A stretch of DNA of 64,000 nt from Betaproteobacteria bacterium (GCA_031403365.1 JANNTE010000027.1:1713-65712), one strand, 5' to 3'; counted from the stretch's first letter, positions 1 to 12,508 are shown. Numbers and translations: made by a program. Notes: generated by a model not told the origin, from the letters alone.

Positions 1-1218
1 CGCGAGTTCGCGGTACTGCGCCAGCGCCAGACGCACGCCGCCGCCGGTGTCCTTGCGCTTCATGATTTTGGTTTGCGCCGCGCCGCCGACACGCGACACC
101 GACACGCCGGCGTTGATGGCGGGGCGGATACCGGCGTTGAACAAATCAGTTTCCAGAAAGATCTGGCCGTCGGTAATAGAGATCACGTTCGTAGGCACGA
201 ACGCGGATACGTCGCCGGCCTGGGTTTCGATGATCGGCAATGCGGTCAGCGAACCGGTCTTGCCTTTGACCTTGCCCTTGGTAAAGCGCTCGACCCAGGC
301 TTCGCTGACGCGCGCCGCGCGTTCCAGCAGGCGCGAGTGCAAATAGAACACGTCGCCGGGATAGGCTTCGCGGCCCGGCGGGCGGCGCAGCAGCAGCGAC
401 ACCTGACGATAAGCCCAGGCCTGCTTGGTCAGATCGTCATAAATAATCAGCGCATCCTGGCCACGGTCGCGGAAATACTCACCCATGGTGCAGCCGGAAT
501 ACGGGGCGATGTATTGCAGCGCTGCAGATTCGGAAGCGGTGGCGGCAACCACGATGGTGTAAGCCATGGCGCCATGCTCTTCGAGCTTGCGCACCACGTT
601 GGCTACTGTGGAAGCTTTCTGGCCGATGGCGACATAGACGCAGAAAATATCCTTGCCCTTCTGGTTGATGATGGTGTCCACTGCCACGGCAGTCTTGCCG
701 GTCTGGCGGTCACCGATAATGAGTTCACGCTGGCCTCGGCCTACCGGCACCATGGCGTCGATAGCTTTCAGACCTGTTTGCACCGGCTGCGACACCGACT
801 TGCGCCAGATCACGCCGGGCGCCACTTTTTCGATAACGTCGTTTTCCTTGGCGTTGACCGGGCCTTTGCCGTCGATCGGCTGACCCAGGGAGTTGACTAC
901 GCGGCCAAGCAGTTCCGGTCCGACCGGGACTTCCAGAATGCGGCCGGTACTCTTGACCGGATCACCTTCGGAAATGTGTTCGTATTCACCCAGCACCACG
1001 GCGCCGACGGAATCGCGCTCGAGATTCAGGGCGAGACCAAAAGTGTTGCCGGGAAACTCCAGCATCTCGCCCTGCATGACGTCGGCCAGACCGTGAATGC
1101 GGCAGATGCCGTCGGTGACGGAGACCACGGTGCCTTGCGTGCGCACCTCGGATGAAGATGCCAGATTCTGGATCTTGCTCTTGATAAGTTCGCTGATTTC
1201 GGACGGATTCAACTGCAT
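1..1218 (-). CDS. atpA: F0F1 ATP synthase subunit alpha (N-terminal 406 codons; gene runs off the left edge)
   Basis: Absent from the ORF track because no stop lies in the window. Reverse complement from ATG at 1218-1216 reads [19 protein letters not shown]...[18 protein letters not shown] (Walker A)...[21 protein letters not shown]. It lies directly downstream of atpH. Confidence 0.95.
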   Translation of the reverse strand, partial: MQLNPSEISELIKSKIQNLASSSEVRTQGTVVSVTDGICRIHGLADVMQGEMLEFPGNTFGLALNLERDSVGAVVLGEYEHISEGDPVKSTGRILEVPVGPELLGRVVNSLGQPIDGKGPVNAKENDVIEKVAPGVIWRKSVSQPVQTGLKAIDAMVPVGRGQRELIIGDRQTGKTAVAVDTIINQKGKDIFCVYVAIGQKASTVANVVRKLEEHGAMAYTIVVAATASESAALQYIAPYSGCTMGEYFRDRGQDALIIYDDLTKQAWAYRQVSLLLRRPPGREAYPGDVFYLHSRLLERAARVSEAWVERFTKGKVKGKTGSLTALPIIETQAGDVSAFVPTNVISITDGQIFLETDLFNAGIRPAINAGVSVSRVGGAAQTKIMKRKDTGGGVRLALAQYRELA

Positions 1219-1230
1219 GGGTCAAAACTC

Positions 1231-1767
1231 CTATTTCGTGAGGGTAGCGGCCATGGTCTGCAGCCGGCCACGCACTGAAGCATCCCAGACTTTGTCACCC
1301 ACCTCGACCTTGATGCCGCCGATTAACTCGGGGTTCACGGTCACGGTGGCATTAATTTTGCGCTTGAAGCGCGCCGAGAGCAGCCCGATCACCTGATTGC
1401 GCTGCGCGTCTTCCATGGGGAAGGCGGAACTGATCTTTGCTTCCAGCTTGCCTTCGTCTTCGAGCTTGAGGCGCTCGAACATTTCGCGTATCTCGGGCAA
1501 CACGGACAAGCGGCGATTGTGAACCAGCAACTGAATCAAATTGCGAGCAACGCCATCGATGCGCTCACCGCAGATGCTCAGCAGTAATTTTTCGATGTCC
1601 GCCGACGTTACCTTGGGATTGGCCATGACTGCCTGCATTTTCGGATCGCGATAGACCCCGGCAATCAGCCCCAAGGCGTCGGACCAGGCTGGCAAGGCAT
1701 TACCCTGCCTGGCGATGCGGAACACCGCTTCGGCATAAGGTCTGGCAATGGTGGCGAGTTCGGCCAT
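1231..1767 (-). CDS. atpH: F0F1 ATP synthase subunit delta (OSCP)
   Basis: 178-aa ORF starting MAELATIARPYAEAVF, typical of delta subunits. It sits between atpF and atpA. Confidence 0.9.
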   Translation of the reverse strand: MAELATIARPYAEAVFRIARQGNALPAWSDALGLIAGVYRDPKMQAVMANPKVTSADIEKLLLSICGERIDGVARNLIQLLVHNRRLSVLPEIREMFERLKLEDEGKLEAKISSAFPMEDAQRNQVIGLLSARFKRKINATVTVNPELIGGIKVEVGDKVWDASVRGRLQTMAATLTK

Positions 1768-1770
1768 GTC

Positions 1771-2244
1771 TTAGCGGAATTCCGCTTCCAGACCGGAAAG
1801 CAATTGCGCGTGCGCCTTGGCATCGACTTCGCGTTTGAGAATTTTCTCCGCGCCGGTTATCGCCAGCAAGGCCACTTGCGTGCGGAGGGTCTCCTTGGCG
1901 CGGAAAACTTCCTGCTCAATTTCGGCCTTGGCGCCGGCGACGATGCGCTCGGCTTCGATCTTGGCGGCGCTCTTGGCTTCTTCCACCACTACCGCCCCGC
2001 GCTTTTCCGCCTGCGAGATGATTTCGCCCGCCTGCGCGCGGGCGCGTTGCAATTCTTCCGCGGCGCGCTTGGCGGCGAGTTCCAGATCCTGTTTGCCGCG
2101 CTCGGCCGCTGCCAGACCTTCGGCGATCTGCGTCTGGCGATCATGCATTGCCTTGCGCAGGGGCGGCCAGACGAATTTCATCGTGATCCAGATGAATAAT
2201 CCGAACCAGATGGCCTGTCCCAGTAATGTAGCGTTGATATTCAC
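1771..2244 (-). CDS. atpF: F0F1 ATP synthase subunit b
   Basis: 157 aa with an N-terminal TM helix followed by a long A/E/K-rich helix. Position between atpE and atpH. Confidence 0.9.
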   Translation of the reverse strand: MNINATLLGQAIWFGLFIWITMKFVWPPLRKAMHDRQTQIAEGLAAAERGKQDLELAAKRAAEELQRARAQAGEIISQAEKRGAVVVEEAKSAAKIEAERIVAGAKAEIEQEVFRAKETLRTQVALLAITGAEKILKREVDAKAHAQLLSGLEAEFR

Positions 2245-2275
2245 GCTGGTCTCCCGGTCGTTAAAGGCGTCAGTA

Positions 2276-2569
<294 letters not shown>

Positions 2570-2575
2570 TTAAAC

Positions 2576-3785
<1,210 letters not shown>

Positions 3786-3866
3786 CCGTAAAAAGGCCCG
3801 AATTCTATTCGGCGCAGGGAACTGCTGTCAACGCCGATCTTTGTTTTCTCGAAGCTGGGCGGGTGT

Positions 3867-4721
3867 TCAGCCACGCAACTTCCGGATGATTTCGTCGAGT
3901 TGATCAAGGCTGGAGTAGGCTATGACGAGCTTGCCCTGTCCTTTCTTGCCCGGCGTGATGCTGGTCGGTGCGCCCAAAGCCTGCGCCAGCTCTTCCTCCA
4001 GCGCCTGGAGATCGCGATCCTTGCGCGCCTGCTTGCGCGGGGTTTTGCGCGCGCCGACATCGGTCTGATTCACCAGCTGCTCGACTTCGCGCACGCTCAG
4101 GCCCCGGCTCACTATTTGATGCGCAAGCTCGGCCTGTCGGGCAGGGTTGACAGCAAGCAAGGCACGGGCATGGCCCATTTCCAGCGTGCCCTGCATCAAC
4201 ATGTCCTGAACGGCCCTGGATAGATTGAGTAAACGCAATAAATTGGTGACCGCACTGCGCGAGCGGCCCACGGCCTGGGCAGCGACATCGTGGGTCATGT
4301 CAAATTCGTCAATCAGGCGCTGAATACCATTGGCCTCTTCCAGCGGGTTCAAATCTTCGCGCTGGATGTTCTCGATCAGCGCCATGGCGAGCGCGGATTT
4401 GTCCGGCACGCTGCGGATGACAACCGGCACCTGGGACAGGCCTGCCAGCTGGGAAGCGCGCCAGCGCCGTTCACCGGCGATGATTTCGTATCTGCCGTTT
4501 TCCACTGGCCGCACCAGGATCGGCTGAATTACGCCCTGCGCCTTGATTGAATCGGCCAGTTCAGCGATGGACTGCGGGTCCATGCGCGTGCGAGGCTGAA
4601 AACGCCCCGGCTTGAGCAGGCCCACTGAAAGCGCGGTCTGTGTGTCATCGGCTTGCTGGCCTTCACCCGAGAGCAAGGCATCGAGGCCGCGGCCCAGTCC
4701 TTTTAGTTTTGCCATGTTCAT
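3867..4721 (-). CDS. parB: Chromosome partitioning protein ParB
   Basis: 284 aa with GLGRGLDALL near the N-terminus, the IIAGERRWRA ParB box and an HTH region. It lies downstream of parA. Confidence 0.95.
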   Translation of the reverse strand: MNMAKLKGLGRGLDALLSGEGQQADDTQTALSVGLLKPGRFQPRTRMDPQSIAELADSIKAQGVIQPILVRPVENGRYEIIAGERRWRASQLAGLSQVPVVIRSVPDKSALAMALIENIQREDLNPLEEANGIQRLIDEFDMTHDVAAQAVGRSRSAVTNLLRLLNLSRAVQDMLMQGTLEMGHARALLAVNPARQAELAHQIVSRGLSVREVEQLVNQTDVGARKTPRKQARKDRDLQALEEELAQALGAPTSITPGKKGQGKLVIAYSSLDQLDEIIRKLRG

Positions 4722-4727
4722 GCTTTC

Positions 4728-5501
4728 TTAAGCGCGTTTGTTGAGCATTTCGCCAGCCAGGGCCAGATAAGCCAGCGCGCCTTTCGACTGACCGTCGAAT
4801 TTCAGCACGGGCAAACCATGGCTGGGTGCTTCGGCCAAGCGAACATTGCGTGGAATTACGGTGCGATAAACCTTGTCCCCAAAATGCTGCTGTAATTGGT
4901 CGGAGACCTGCTGCGCCAGCATGTTGCGCGGGTCATACATGGTGCGCAGCAAGCCTTCGATCTCAAGCCCTGGATTGAGATTGACGCGCACCTTCTTGAT
5001 GGTCTGCACCAGATCGCTCAATCCCTCGAGGGCGTAATACTCGCATTGCATCGGGATCATCACGGCGTTGGCGGCACACAGCCCGTTGACCGTGAGAAGA
5101 TTCAACGCGGGCGGACAATCGATCAGGACGTAATCGTATTGATCGGCGATTTCAGCGAGCGCGGTTTTAAGTCTCGATTCGCGCTCGGACAAGTCAACCA
5201 TTTCAACTTCGGCGCCGGCGAGCTCGCGATTTGCAGGTATCACATCGAATCCGCCGCTCTCACTTCTAAGCCGTACCGCCGACAAAACCGCCTCGCCCAG
5301 TAACACCTGATAGACCGTTGCCTTGAGTACGCGTTTGTCGATGCCACTGCCCATGGTGGCGTTACCTTGGGGGTCGAGATCGATCAACAGCACCCGGCTA
5401 CCGGAAGCCGCCAGACTGGCCGCCAGATTGATACTGGTGGTGGTCTTGCCAACACCGCCCTTCTGATTGGTGACTGCTAGTACCCGTGGCATGAGAATCA
5501 A
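4728..5501 (-). CDS. parA: Chromosome partitioning ATPase ParA/Soj
   Basis: 257 aa with the deviant Walker A NQKGGVGKTTT. Confidence 0.95.
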   Translation of the reverse strand: MILMPRVLAVTNQKGGVGKTTTSINLAASLAASGSRVLLIDLDPQGNATMGSGIDKRVLKATVYQVLLGEAVLSAVRLRSESGGFDVIPANRELAGAEVEMVDLSERESRLKTALAEIADQYDYVLIDCPPALNLLTVNGLCAANAVMIPMQCEYYALEGLSDLVQTIKKVRVNLNPGLEIEGLLRTMYDPRNMLAQQVSDQLQQHFGDKVYRTVIPRNVRLAEAPSHGLPVLKFDGQSKGALAYLALAGEMLNKRA

Positions 5502-6142
5502 CCGACCGCCGTGTCTGGGGAGGAACGCATGAACACCAGATGACGTGACGCTTCGAGCTGGGGAACTTCCAAGCGGAGCGTCTTCACCACATTCCAGGCA
5601 GTGGGCAGTTGCGCCAGCTCCTCATGCGGGTGGACGCCTTTCATGGCAATCATCACGCCATCGGGTGCGCACAAGTGTCCTGCAAGTTTTACGAATTCCG
5701 TCAAGTCGGAGAAAGCCCGAGAAACTACGGTCGTAAACAATTCTGCTGGACGATATGTTTCCGCTCGCTGAATCACGACTTGGGCGCGCGGCAATCCGAG
5801 TTCGGCAACAGCCTGCTTCAAAAACGCCCCTTTCTTGTGGTTCGAGTCGAGCAGCGTCAAAAAGCGATCGGGACTCGAAATCGCGATCGGTATTCCCGGC
5901 AAACCGGCACCGCTTCCGATGTCAATCAGGTTTCCGTCCGGCAAATGAGCCACAACCGCCAGACTGTCGAGCAAATGATGACTCACGAGTTTGACCTCGT
6001 CCCGGATCGCGGTAAGGTTGTAAACCCGGTTCCATTTGACCAGCAGCGCCAGATAACTGGTGAGTTGCTCCATCGCCGTTGTCGGCAGGGTCAATCCCAT
6101 CGCGGCAACGCCCTGGCGCAGCAAGGTTGCAATCTGGCTCAT
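5498..6142 (-). CDS. rsmG: 16S rRNA (guanine527-N7)-methyltransferase
   Basis: 214 aa with the SAM motif [12 protein letters not shown]. It overlaps mnmG and parA by 4 nt each. Confidence 0.92.
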   Translation of the reverse strand: MSQIATLLRQGVAAMGLTLPTTAMEQLTSYLALLVKWNRVYNLTAIRDEVKLVSHHLLDSLAVVAHLPDGNLIDIGSGAGLPGIPIAISSPDRFLTLLDSNHKKGAFLKQAVAELGLPRAQVVIQRAETYRPAELFTTVVSRAFSDLTEFVKLAGHLCAPDGVMIAMKGVHPHEELAQLPTAWNVVKTLRLEVPQLEASRHLVFMRSSPDTAVG

Positions 6143-8067
6143 TGCGCGCGTTCGGCGGTACGCTGGCCGGAACCCTTTTTTTCCAGATCCGAAGCGACAA
6201 AACCACGTTTCAAATGAACCAGAAGGAGTGAGATGGCGGCGGGCGTAATGCCCGATATCCGTGCCGCCTGACCAAGAGTTTCCGGGCGCTGCTTGTTGAG
6301 TTTCTGTTGCACTTCTACGGACAGACCGCGCACCGACCGGTAGTCCAGATGTTCCGGCAGCCGGGTGTTTTCGTACTGTTCCTGTCGACTGACCTCTTCG
6401 CGCTGGCGCTCGACGTAGCCCTGATACTTGATTTGAATTTCGACTTGTTCGGCCGCCTGCGGGTCAGACAATCCAACGCCAGCTCCGGGCAAAGCAAGCA
6501 GATCGTCGTAGTGCAGGCCAGGCCGGCGCAGCAGTTCCTCAAAGGTGTAATCGCGTTCAAGTCGCTGACCAAATCGGTTCTGCATCTCATCGTCGGACAG
6601 CAGCCGGGTATTAAGCCAGGTTGACTTGAGGCGCGCGCGCTCCAATTCAACGGCTTCGTATTTTTTCTCAAAAGCATCCCAGCGCAGATCATCCACCAGA
6701 CCCAATTTTCGGCCGATCGCAGTGAGGCGCATATCCGCATTATCTTCGCGCAGGCTCAGACGATATTCCGCGCGACTCGTAAACATGCGGTACGGCTCGG
6801 TCACGCCGCGGGTAATGAGATCATCCACCAGCACGCCGAGATAAGCTTCATCGCGACGCGGACACCAAGAATCTTTTTCCTTTACGCGCAAGGCTGCATT
6901 CAAGCCCGCAAGCAGGCCTTGTGCAGCAGCTTCTTCGTATCCGGTGGTTCCGTTGATCTGCCCGGCGAAGAACAGACCGGCGATGGCTTTGGTTTCAAGC
7001 GACGCCTTTAGGCCCCTTGGATCGAAATAGTCGTACTCGATAGCGTAACCGGGCCGCGTCAAATGGGCGTTCTCTAACCCATTGATAGAATGAACTAACT
7101 CAACTTGGACATCAAATGGGAGGCTGGTTGAAATACCGTTTGGATAGACCTCGTGAGTGGTCAGGCCTTCAGGCTCCAGAAATATCTGGTGCGCGGCTTT
7201 GTCCGCAAAGCGTGTGATTTTGTCTTCAATGGAAGGACAATAGCGCGGGCCAACGCCTTCAATCACTCCGGTGAACATCGGTGATCGATCAAGACCGCCG
7301 CGGATAATCTCGTGGGTACGTTCATTGGTGTGGGTTATCCAGCACGGTAACTGCGCTGGATGCTGGTCTACCGATCCGAGAAATGAAAATACCGGCACTG
7401 GATCATCACCTGGCTGCCGCGCCATGACCGAATAATCGATAGTGCGGCCGTCGATACGCGGCGGAGTTCCGGTCTTCAGCCGGCCTACAGGCAAATCGAG
7501 CTCGCGCAGGCGACGGGCCAGACGGATCGCAGGCGGGTCGCCGGCGCGACCCGCTTGATAGTTCTTCAGCCCGACGTGGACCAACCCGGACAAAAAAGTC
7601 CCAGTGGTCAACACGACGGTTGGCGCCGAAAAGCGAATTCCCAACTCCGTAACGACACCAGTGATTGCGCCGTGTTCGACTTGGAGATCATCTACAGCCT
7701 GTTGAAAAATAGTAAGATTTTTCTGATTCTCCAAGCGCTGCCGGATTGCCTGTCGGTACAACACTCGATCAGCTTGCGCGCGAGTAGCACGCACAGCGGG
7801 GCCTTTGCTGGAATTGAGGATTCGAAACTGAATTCCGGCAAGATCGGTAGCCATCGCCATCGTCCCACCCAGCGCGTCGACTTCCTTGACTAGATGGCCT
7901 TTACCAATTCCTCCGATCGAGGGATTGCAGGACATTTGTCCGAGAGTTTCGACATTGTGGGTAAGCAACAGCGTACGGCAGCCCATACGCGCCGCCGCAA
8001 GTGCGGCTTCCGTACCGGCATGACCGCCGCCAACAACAATGACGTCAAATAAATGGGTATTTCGCAT
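6139..8067 (-). CDS. mnmG: tRNA uridine 5-carboxymethylaminomethyl modification enzyme MnmG (GidA)
   Basis: 642 aa with the N-terminal FAD motif [16 protein letters not shown] and conserved MnmG blocks throughout. Confidence 0.97.
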   Translation of the reverse strand: MRNTHLFDVIVVGGGHAGTEAALAAARMGCRTLLLTHNVETLGQMSCNPSIGGIGKGHLVKEVDALGGTMAMATDLAGIQFRILNSSKGPAVRATRAQADRVLYRQAIRQRLENQKNLTIFQQAVDDLQVEHGAITGVVTELGIRFSAPTVVLTTGTFLSGLVHVGLKNYQAGRAGDPPAIRLARRLRELDLPVGRLKTGTPPRIDGRTIDYSVMARQPGDDPVPVFSFLGSVDQHPAQLPCWITHTNERTHEIIRGGLDRSPMFTGVIEGVGPRYCPSIEDKITRFADKAAHQIFLEPEGLTTHEVYPNGISTSLPFDVQVELVHSINGLENAHLTRPGYAIEYDYFDPRGLKASLETKAIAGLFFAGQINGTTGYEEAAAQGLLAGLNAALRVKEKDSWCPRRDEAYLGVLVDDLITRGVTEPYRMFTSRAEYRLSLREDNADMRLTAIGRKLGLVDDLRWDAFEKKYEAVELERARLKSTWLNTRLLSDDEMQNRFGQRLERDYTFEELLRRPGLHYDDLLALPGAGVGLSDPQAAEQVEIQIKYQGYVERQREEVSRQEQYENTRLPEHLDYRSVRGLSVEVQQKLNKQRPETLGQAARISGITPAAISLLLVHLKRGFVASDLEKKGSGQRTAERAQ

Positions 8068-8120
8068 GGCTAATTTCCGGGAGGGCGAATGATACCGGAA
8101 AGGGGTAGCTCACCGGCAAT

Positions 8121-8136
8121 GGTTTCACGTGAAACA
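8121..8136. promoter_or_regulatory. parS centromere-like ParB binding site 1
   Basis: gGTTTCACGTGAAACA matches the parS consensus TGTTNCACGTGAAACA at 15 of 16 positions. It contains the perfect 14-bp palindrome GTTTCACGTGAAAC. Confidence 0.85.
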
Positions 8137-8146
8137 TCGTCGTGAA

Positions 8147-8162
8147 GGTTCCACGTGAAACA
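8147..8162. promoter_or_regulatory. parS centromere-like ParB binding site 2
   Basis: gGTTCCACGTGAAACA matches the parS consensus at 15 of 16 positions. It starts 26 bp after site 1. Confidence 0.85.
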
Positions 8163-8169
8163 TTGGCCC

Positions 8170-8934
8170 TCAGAGCGCCCGCAGCAGATCAACCAAGACC
8201 TTCACAATCAGAGCCATGACAACCGCCAGGAACACCGGCCTAATCAGTCGACTGCCCCCTCGGACGGCCAAATGTGCGCCGATGAATCCACCTGCAATAT
8301 TACACACCGCCATTGGTAAAGCGACCGCATAAAGCACATTTCCGGTCGCCATGAACAACACTAAACTGCCGAAGTTACTTGCGAGATTCAATACTTTGGT
8401 ATTTGCTGCCGCGGTCAAAAAGTCGAATCCGAATAACCTTACCAGCGCGAACATCATCAAGCTGCCCGCACCAGGGCCCAAGAATCCATCATAAAAACCA
8501 AGTACCGCTGCCATAACATAAAAACTTAGGCTTCCCGGTCGCCAGACTGGGGTCGCTCCCGGTTCATTGCCCAGCTTCGGACGCAACAGCGTGTAGGCAG
8601 CAACCACGATCAATAAGAGCAATACAACCGGCTTCAGTATCACGGGGTCCATGCGAGTAACACTGCTCGCGCCGGCCAGCGCCCCTATGCCGGCAACGCT
8701 GGCGGCCGGAAGTACAACGCGCCACTGAATCGGGACCGACCACCCATAGCGCACCGTAGCGATCAGCGTGCCCCCGATAGCACAAAGCTTGTTTGTGCCA
8801 ATAAGCAGCGGCGGTGGCAAAGCGGGAAAGAACGCAAACAACGCTGGAAGTTGAATCAACCCTCCGCCCCCGGCCACAGCGTCCACCAGTCCAGCCAGAA
8901 ACGCGAGCAGGCATAACGCAACAACTTCACTCAT
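8170..8934 (-). CDS. TauE/SafE (DUF81, YfcA-like) family membrane permease
   Basis: 254 aa, about 8 TM segments, with a glycine-rich VDAVAGGGGLI motif near the N-terminus typical of the family. Confidence 0.8.
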   Translation of the reverse strand: MSEVVALCLLAFLAGLVDAVAGGGGLIQLPALFAFFPALPPPLLIGTNKLCAIGGTLIATVRYGWSVPIQWRVVLPAASVAGIGALAGASSVTRMDPVILKPVVLLLLIVVAAYTLLRPKLGNEPGATPVWRPGSLSFYVMAAVLGFYDGFLGPGAGSLMMFALVRLFGFDFLTAAANTKVLNLASNFGSLVLFMATGNVLYAVALPMAVCNIAGGFIGAHLAVRGGSRLIRPVFLAVVMALIVKVLVDLLRAL

Positions 8935-8937
8935 TTG

Positions 8938-10278
8938 TTATTTGCCGATGCAGAAGCGCGAAAAGATCTCACCAAGCAGATCTTCCGCGCTGAACTCGCC
9001 GACAATGCTGCCAAGAGCCTGCTGTGCCAAACGCAGCTCTTCCGCCATTATTTCAAGTGAATTCAGTGTATTGCTTGCTTGCAGCAGAGCAGTTTGTGCC
9101 CTGCGTAGTGCCCTCAAATGACGTTCCCGGGCAATAAATACGCCCTCGCCAGCAGGTTGCCAGCCGATGCTGCGTAATACTGCACCGCGCAACAAGTCCA
9201 GCCCGGCGCCAGTTTTCGCGGAGACATAGACTTCCGTAGCTATCAGTCCCTGGCACTCCCGAGGCTGGTCATTAAGTCTGTCTATCTTATTGAAAATTAA
9301 TATTTTCTTCAGATTGACAGGCAAGTCGTGCAAAATTTTGGTATCGCTTTCCGTGACCCCTACCGTTGTGTCGAGTATCAGGAGCGCCAAGTCCGCCTGG
9401 CTTATTTCGCGCCAGGCCCGTTGAATTCCGATTATCTCTACCCTATCCGCGGAATCCCGCAGCCCGGCGGTGTCAATCAAGTGTATAGGTATGCCATCTA
9501 TGCTCAATTCATGGCGCAACGGATCGCGCGTTGTTCCGGGCACCTCAGTGACGATTGCGATTTCTTCCTCAGCAAGGCGATTCAACAGACTCGACTTGCC
9601 GACATTTGGCTGGCCAATTAAGACCACTTTGGCACCGTCGCGCAAAATTCTGCCTTGTTGCGCGTCAACCAGCAGATTCATGATCCCGGAGACCAGGTGC
9701 TGGAGCTTTTGCGTCGCTCCGCTACGCTCGAGAAATTCAATTTCTTCCTCGGGGAAATCCAGCGTCGCCTCTACACCCGTCCGTAATTCAATCAGTGTCG
9801 CGTTAAGTTCGTGAACCCGAGCCGAAAACACCCCGGCCAGCGAACGCATCGCACCTCGGGCCGCAGCTTCGGAACTCGCGTCTATCAAATCGGCAACACT
9901 CTCCGCCTGAGCCAGGTCCAGTTTGTCATTGAGGAAAGCGCGTTGGGTGAATTCGCCCGGTAGAGCTGCACGCGCTCCAAGATCAAGACATCTTCTCAGA
10001 ACCAGGCCCAGAACCGCCTGCCCGCCGTGCCCTTGCAACTCGAGCACGTCTTCGCCGGTATAGGAATGCGGTGCCTCGTACAAAACCGCAATTCCCTGGT
10101 CCAGAATCGCGTCCTTTGCGCCGGCAAAATTACACAAGGTCGCGGTGCGTGCAACCAGGGAGCGACCCAAAATCGCGGTGGCTATGCTGCGCACTTCCGG
10201 GCCGGATACGCGCACCACACCGATTCCCGCTCGCCCGGGCGCCGTTGCTATGGCGGCAATGGTGTCAGCGTTTTGCAT
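8938..10278 (-). CDS. mnmE: tRNA modification GTPase MnmE (TrmE)
   Basis: Starting at the ATG at 10278 gives MQNADTIAAIATAPGRAGIGVVRVSG. It has the G1 motif GQPNVGKSSLLN and the C-terminal CIGK. The ORF-track start at 10329 is an upstream extension overlapping yidC. Confidence 0.95.
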   Translation of the reverse strand: MQNADTIAAIATAPGRAGIGVVRVSGPEVRSIATAILGRSLVARTATLCNFAGAKDAILDQGIAVLYEAPHSYTGEDVLELQGHGGQAVLGLVLRRCLDLGARAALPGEFTQRAFLNDKLDLAQAESVADLIDASSEAAARGAMRSLAGVFSARVHELNATLIELRTGVEATLDFPEEEIEFLERSGATQKLQHLVSGIMNLLVDAQQGRILRDGAKVVLIGQPNVGKSSLLNRLAEEEIAIVTEVPGTTRDPLRHELSIDGIPIHLIDTAGLRDSADRVEIIGIQRAWREISQADLALLILDTTVGVTESDTKILHDLPVNLKKILIFNKIDRLNDQPRECQGLIATEVYVSAKTGAGLDLLRGAVLRSIGWQPAGEGVFIARERHLRALRRAQTALLQASNTLNSLEIMAEELRLAQQALGSIVGEFSAEDLLGEIFSRFCIGK

Positions 10279-11935
10279 GAGCGGAACTGGACCGCTCGAT
10301 CGTGCGCGTGATCTGCCACTGCTGCGCAATGGAGAGGATGTTATTTACCAGCCAGTAGAGCACCAGCCCTGCCGGGAAAAAGAAAAAGAAAACGCTGAAT
10401 GCAACCGGCATGATCTTCATGATCTTTGCCTGAACCGGGTCCGGCGGCGTCGGATTCAGGTAGGTCTGGATAATCATGGTCGCACCCATCAACACCGGCA
10501 GAATAAAGTAAGGATCAGTCGCTGACAGATCCTTGATCCACCATATAAAGGGCGCATTGCGCAGTTCCACGCTCGCCAGCAATACCCAGTAAAGCGCAAT
10601 AAACACCGGTATCTGCACCACAATCGGCAGACAACCGCCCAGCGGATTAATTTTTTCGGTCTTATACATCTCAATCATCGCCTGGTGCATGCGCTGGCGA
10701 TCATCCCCAAATTGCTCCTTGAGCTTTTGCATCTTCGGCGCCAGGACGCGCATCTTCGCCATGGACCGGTAGCTTGCCGCAGACAGGGGATAAAAAATCA
10801 GCTTGATGATGACGGTCAACAAGATGATCGATACACCCCAGTTGTTGGCCCATTTCTGAATGGCTGACAACACCCAGAACAAAGGCGTCGCGATGATGGT
10901 AAGCCAGCCATAATCAACAGTCAGATTTAATCCCGGAGAAAGTTGTTCGAGTTTCTCCTGATCCTGAGGTCCGGCGTAAATCCGCATGTCGATGGTCGCA
11001 TCGGCGCCAGGATCCACGGTACTCACCGGCACGATGACACCGGCAGCATAAAGACCATTGCCCACTGAGCGCGTGTAAAACTCCCGGGGCCCGTCTCCGG
11101 TCGGCAGGAGTGCCGCCACGAAATAATGCTGGACAATCGCTATCCAACCATCTCTGGAATGCGTTGGATGATCGGTTTTGCCTTTTTCAATGTCGGAAAA
11201 GTCAACCTTCTGAAATTTGGAGCCTTCTGTATATACCGCTGCCCCAGTATAAGTGGGCACCATTTTCGAATCGCCCGCGGCCGGCGACCCATCCCGCACC
11301 AATTGGAAATACGCGAATGGCGTGAGCGCCTCCCGGCTTCGATTGGATATCCGGAAACTCTCGTCGATCAGGTAACTTCCCCGCCTGAAGGTAATTTGCT
11401 TGAGTACGGCTATATCCTTGCTCTCCTGCGCCGTCAGGGACACTACCAACTCATCCGTACCGGCAGGCATTTCATAGTTCGTCCTGGCTGCACTGAAAGT
11501 AGTCGTGTGATTAGGAAGCTTGTCGCCGATAAGGCCGCTCTGCGCCACGTAGGTGTGGGCAGCGTCTTTTTGAAACAGAACAAAATTCCTGGAGCGGTCC
11601 ACCTTGTCCTTGTGCTCGGTAAACTCAATCCGTCGCAACACTCCGCCGACCGGATCTATCTCCGCAATCAGGACGTCAGTGCGTACCTTGATCGCTGGAA
11701 GAGTTGGCACCCCAGCCACCGCATTTGGGACAGTTCCCGGGTCTGTGGTTTTACCCGAAGATTTCGGTACAACCATTGCCGGCGGGGACGCGGACGTGGG
11801 TGTTGGCAGGTCCCTCTGACCCTCTACTTGATTCGGCAACGGTACTTGAGGACTGTTTTCCCTGTTCCATGCTTCGAACAGTAAGAACACGGAAACTGCG
11901 AACACCATTGCCGCAACTAAACGCAAACTGTCCAT
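10265..11935 (-). CDS. yidC: Membrane protein insertase YidC
   Basis: 556 aa from ATG 11935 (MDSLRLVAAMVFAVSVFLLFEAW, TM1), with a large periplasmic domain and a conserved C-terminal 5-TM core. The track start at 12067 would overlap yidD. Confidence 0.93.
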   Translation of the reverse strand: MDSLRLVAAMVFAVSVFLLFEAWNRENSPQVPLPNQVEGQRDLPTPTSASPPAMVVPKSSGKTTDPGTVPNAVAGVPTLPAIKVRTDVLIAEIDPVGGVLRRIEFTEHKDKVDRSRNFVLFQKDAAHTYVAQSGLIGDKLPNHTTTFSAARTNYEMPAGTDELVVSLTAQESKDIAVLKQITFRRGSYLIDESFRISNRSREALTPFAYFQLVRDGSPAAGDSKMVPTYTGAAVYTEGSKFQKVDFSDIEKGKTDHPTHSRDGWIAIVQHYFVAALLPTGDGPREFYTRSVGNGLYAAGVIVPVSTVDPGADATIDMRIYAGPQDQEKLEQLSPGLNLTVDYGWLTIIATPLFWVLSAIQKWANNWGVSIILLTVIIKLIFYPLSAASYRSMAKMRVLAPKMQKLKEQFGDDRQRMHQAMIEMYKTEKINPLGGCLPIVVQIPVFIALYWVLLASVELRNAPFIWWIKDLSATDPYFILPVLMGATMIIQTYLNPTPPDPVQAKIMKIMPVAFSVFFFFFPAGLVLYWLVNNILSIAQQWQITRTIERSSSAHAKR

Positions 11936-11954
11936 TGATGAGCGAACTCTAAAA

Positions 11955-12164
11955 TTAAGGTACCGGATCGGCGCCGCCCGGATGCCATGGATGGCAACGG
12001 AAGATACGCTTCGTTGCCAGCCAACTTCCCCGCGCCGCTCCGTATCTGCCAACAGCGGTTTTGGCATATTCCGAACAGGTTGGGTAGAAACGGCAGCTGT
12101 TGCCCGTCCACGGGCTTAGCAGGACCTGGTACAGCCGTATGACTACTAAAAGCACCGCCCGCAT
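11955..12164 (-). CDS. yidD: Membrane protein insertion efficiency factor YidD
   Basis: 69 aa with YQVLLSPW...[11 protein letters not shown]...RCHPWHPGG, the YidD signature. It has a 1-nt TGATG overlap with the rnpA stop. Confidence 0.93.
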   Translation of the reverse strand: MRAVLLVVIRLYQVLLSPWTGNSCRFYPTCSEYAKTAVGRYGAARGSWLATKRIFRCHPWHPGGADPVP

Positions 12165-12508
12165 CAGCTGGACTCACGCAACAGCGTTGCCAGCTCTTCC
12201 CGCAAAGCCGCCAATTCCGAACCAATGGCTTTACGGCGTACTCTCACAACGAAATCGCCTGGGACCAACTGAGCACGCAATAATCTAAACGCTTCACGAA
12301 TTGCGCGTTTCATCATCGTTCGGGTTACTGCCTGCGGCGCGACATGCTTGCCGACCACCACACCCAAGCGCGACTGTTCGCCCTGACCGCTAGTCCTTTT
12401 GAGGACGACAAGATACTTCCCTTGACATCTCGCCGAGAATTTCCCGGTGAAATGCGCCTTGCCGCGAAGCCTTGCGGTGCGCGGAAACCGGAAGCGCGCG
12501 AGCTTCAG
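12164..12508 (-). CDS. rnpA: Ribonuclease P protein component (start uncertain; probable CTG)
   Basis: The track gives only a 67-aa TTG-initiated ORF. The frame stays open upstream and encodes [17 protein letters not shown], matching the conserved RnpA N-terminus. The only start-like codon there is CTG at 12508-12506, overlapping the rpmH stop. Confidence 0.75.
   Translation of the reverse strand: MKLARFRFPRTARLRGKAHFTGKFSARCQGKYLVVLKRTSGQGEQSRLGVVVGKHVAPQAVTRTMMKRAIREAFRLLRAQLVPGDFVVRVRRKAIGSELAALREELATLLRESS

Noticed and set aside
11936-12067. Upstream in-frame extensions offered by the ORF track (yidC to 12067, mnmE to 10329, topA to 20491, dnaA from 12789, pgk from 38913, purE from 41821, purK from 42138, glgA from 61277, GH57 to 58063, cupin from 51302)
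   Set aside because: Each extension overlaps the neighbouring gene or adds residues upstream of the family's conserved N-terminus. An internal ATG or TTG gives the canonical N-terminal sequence and tidy gene junctions.
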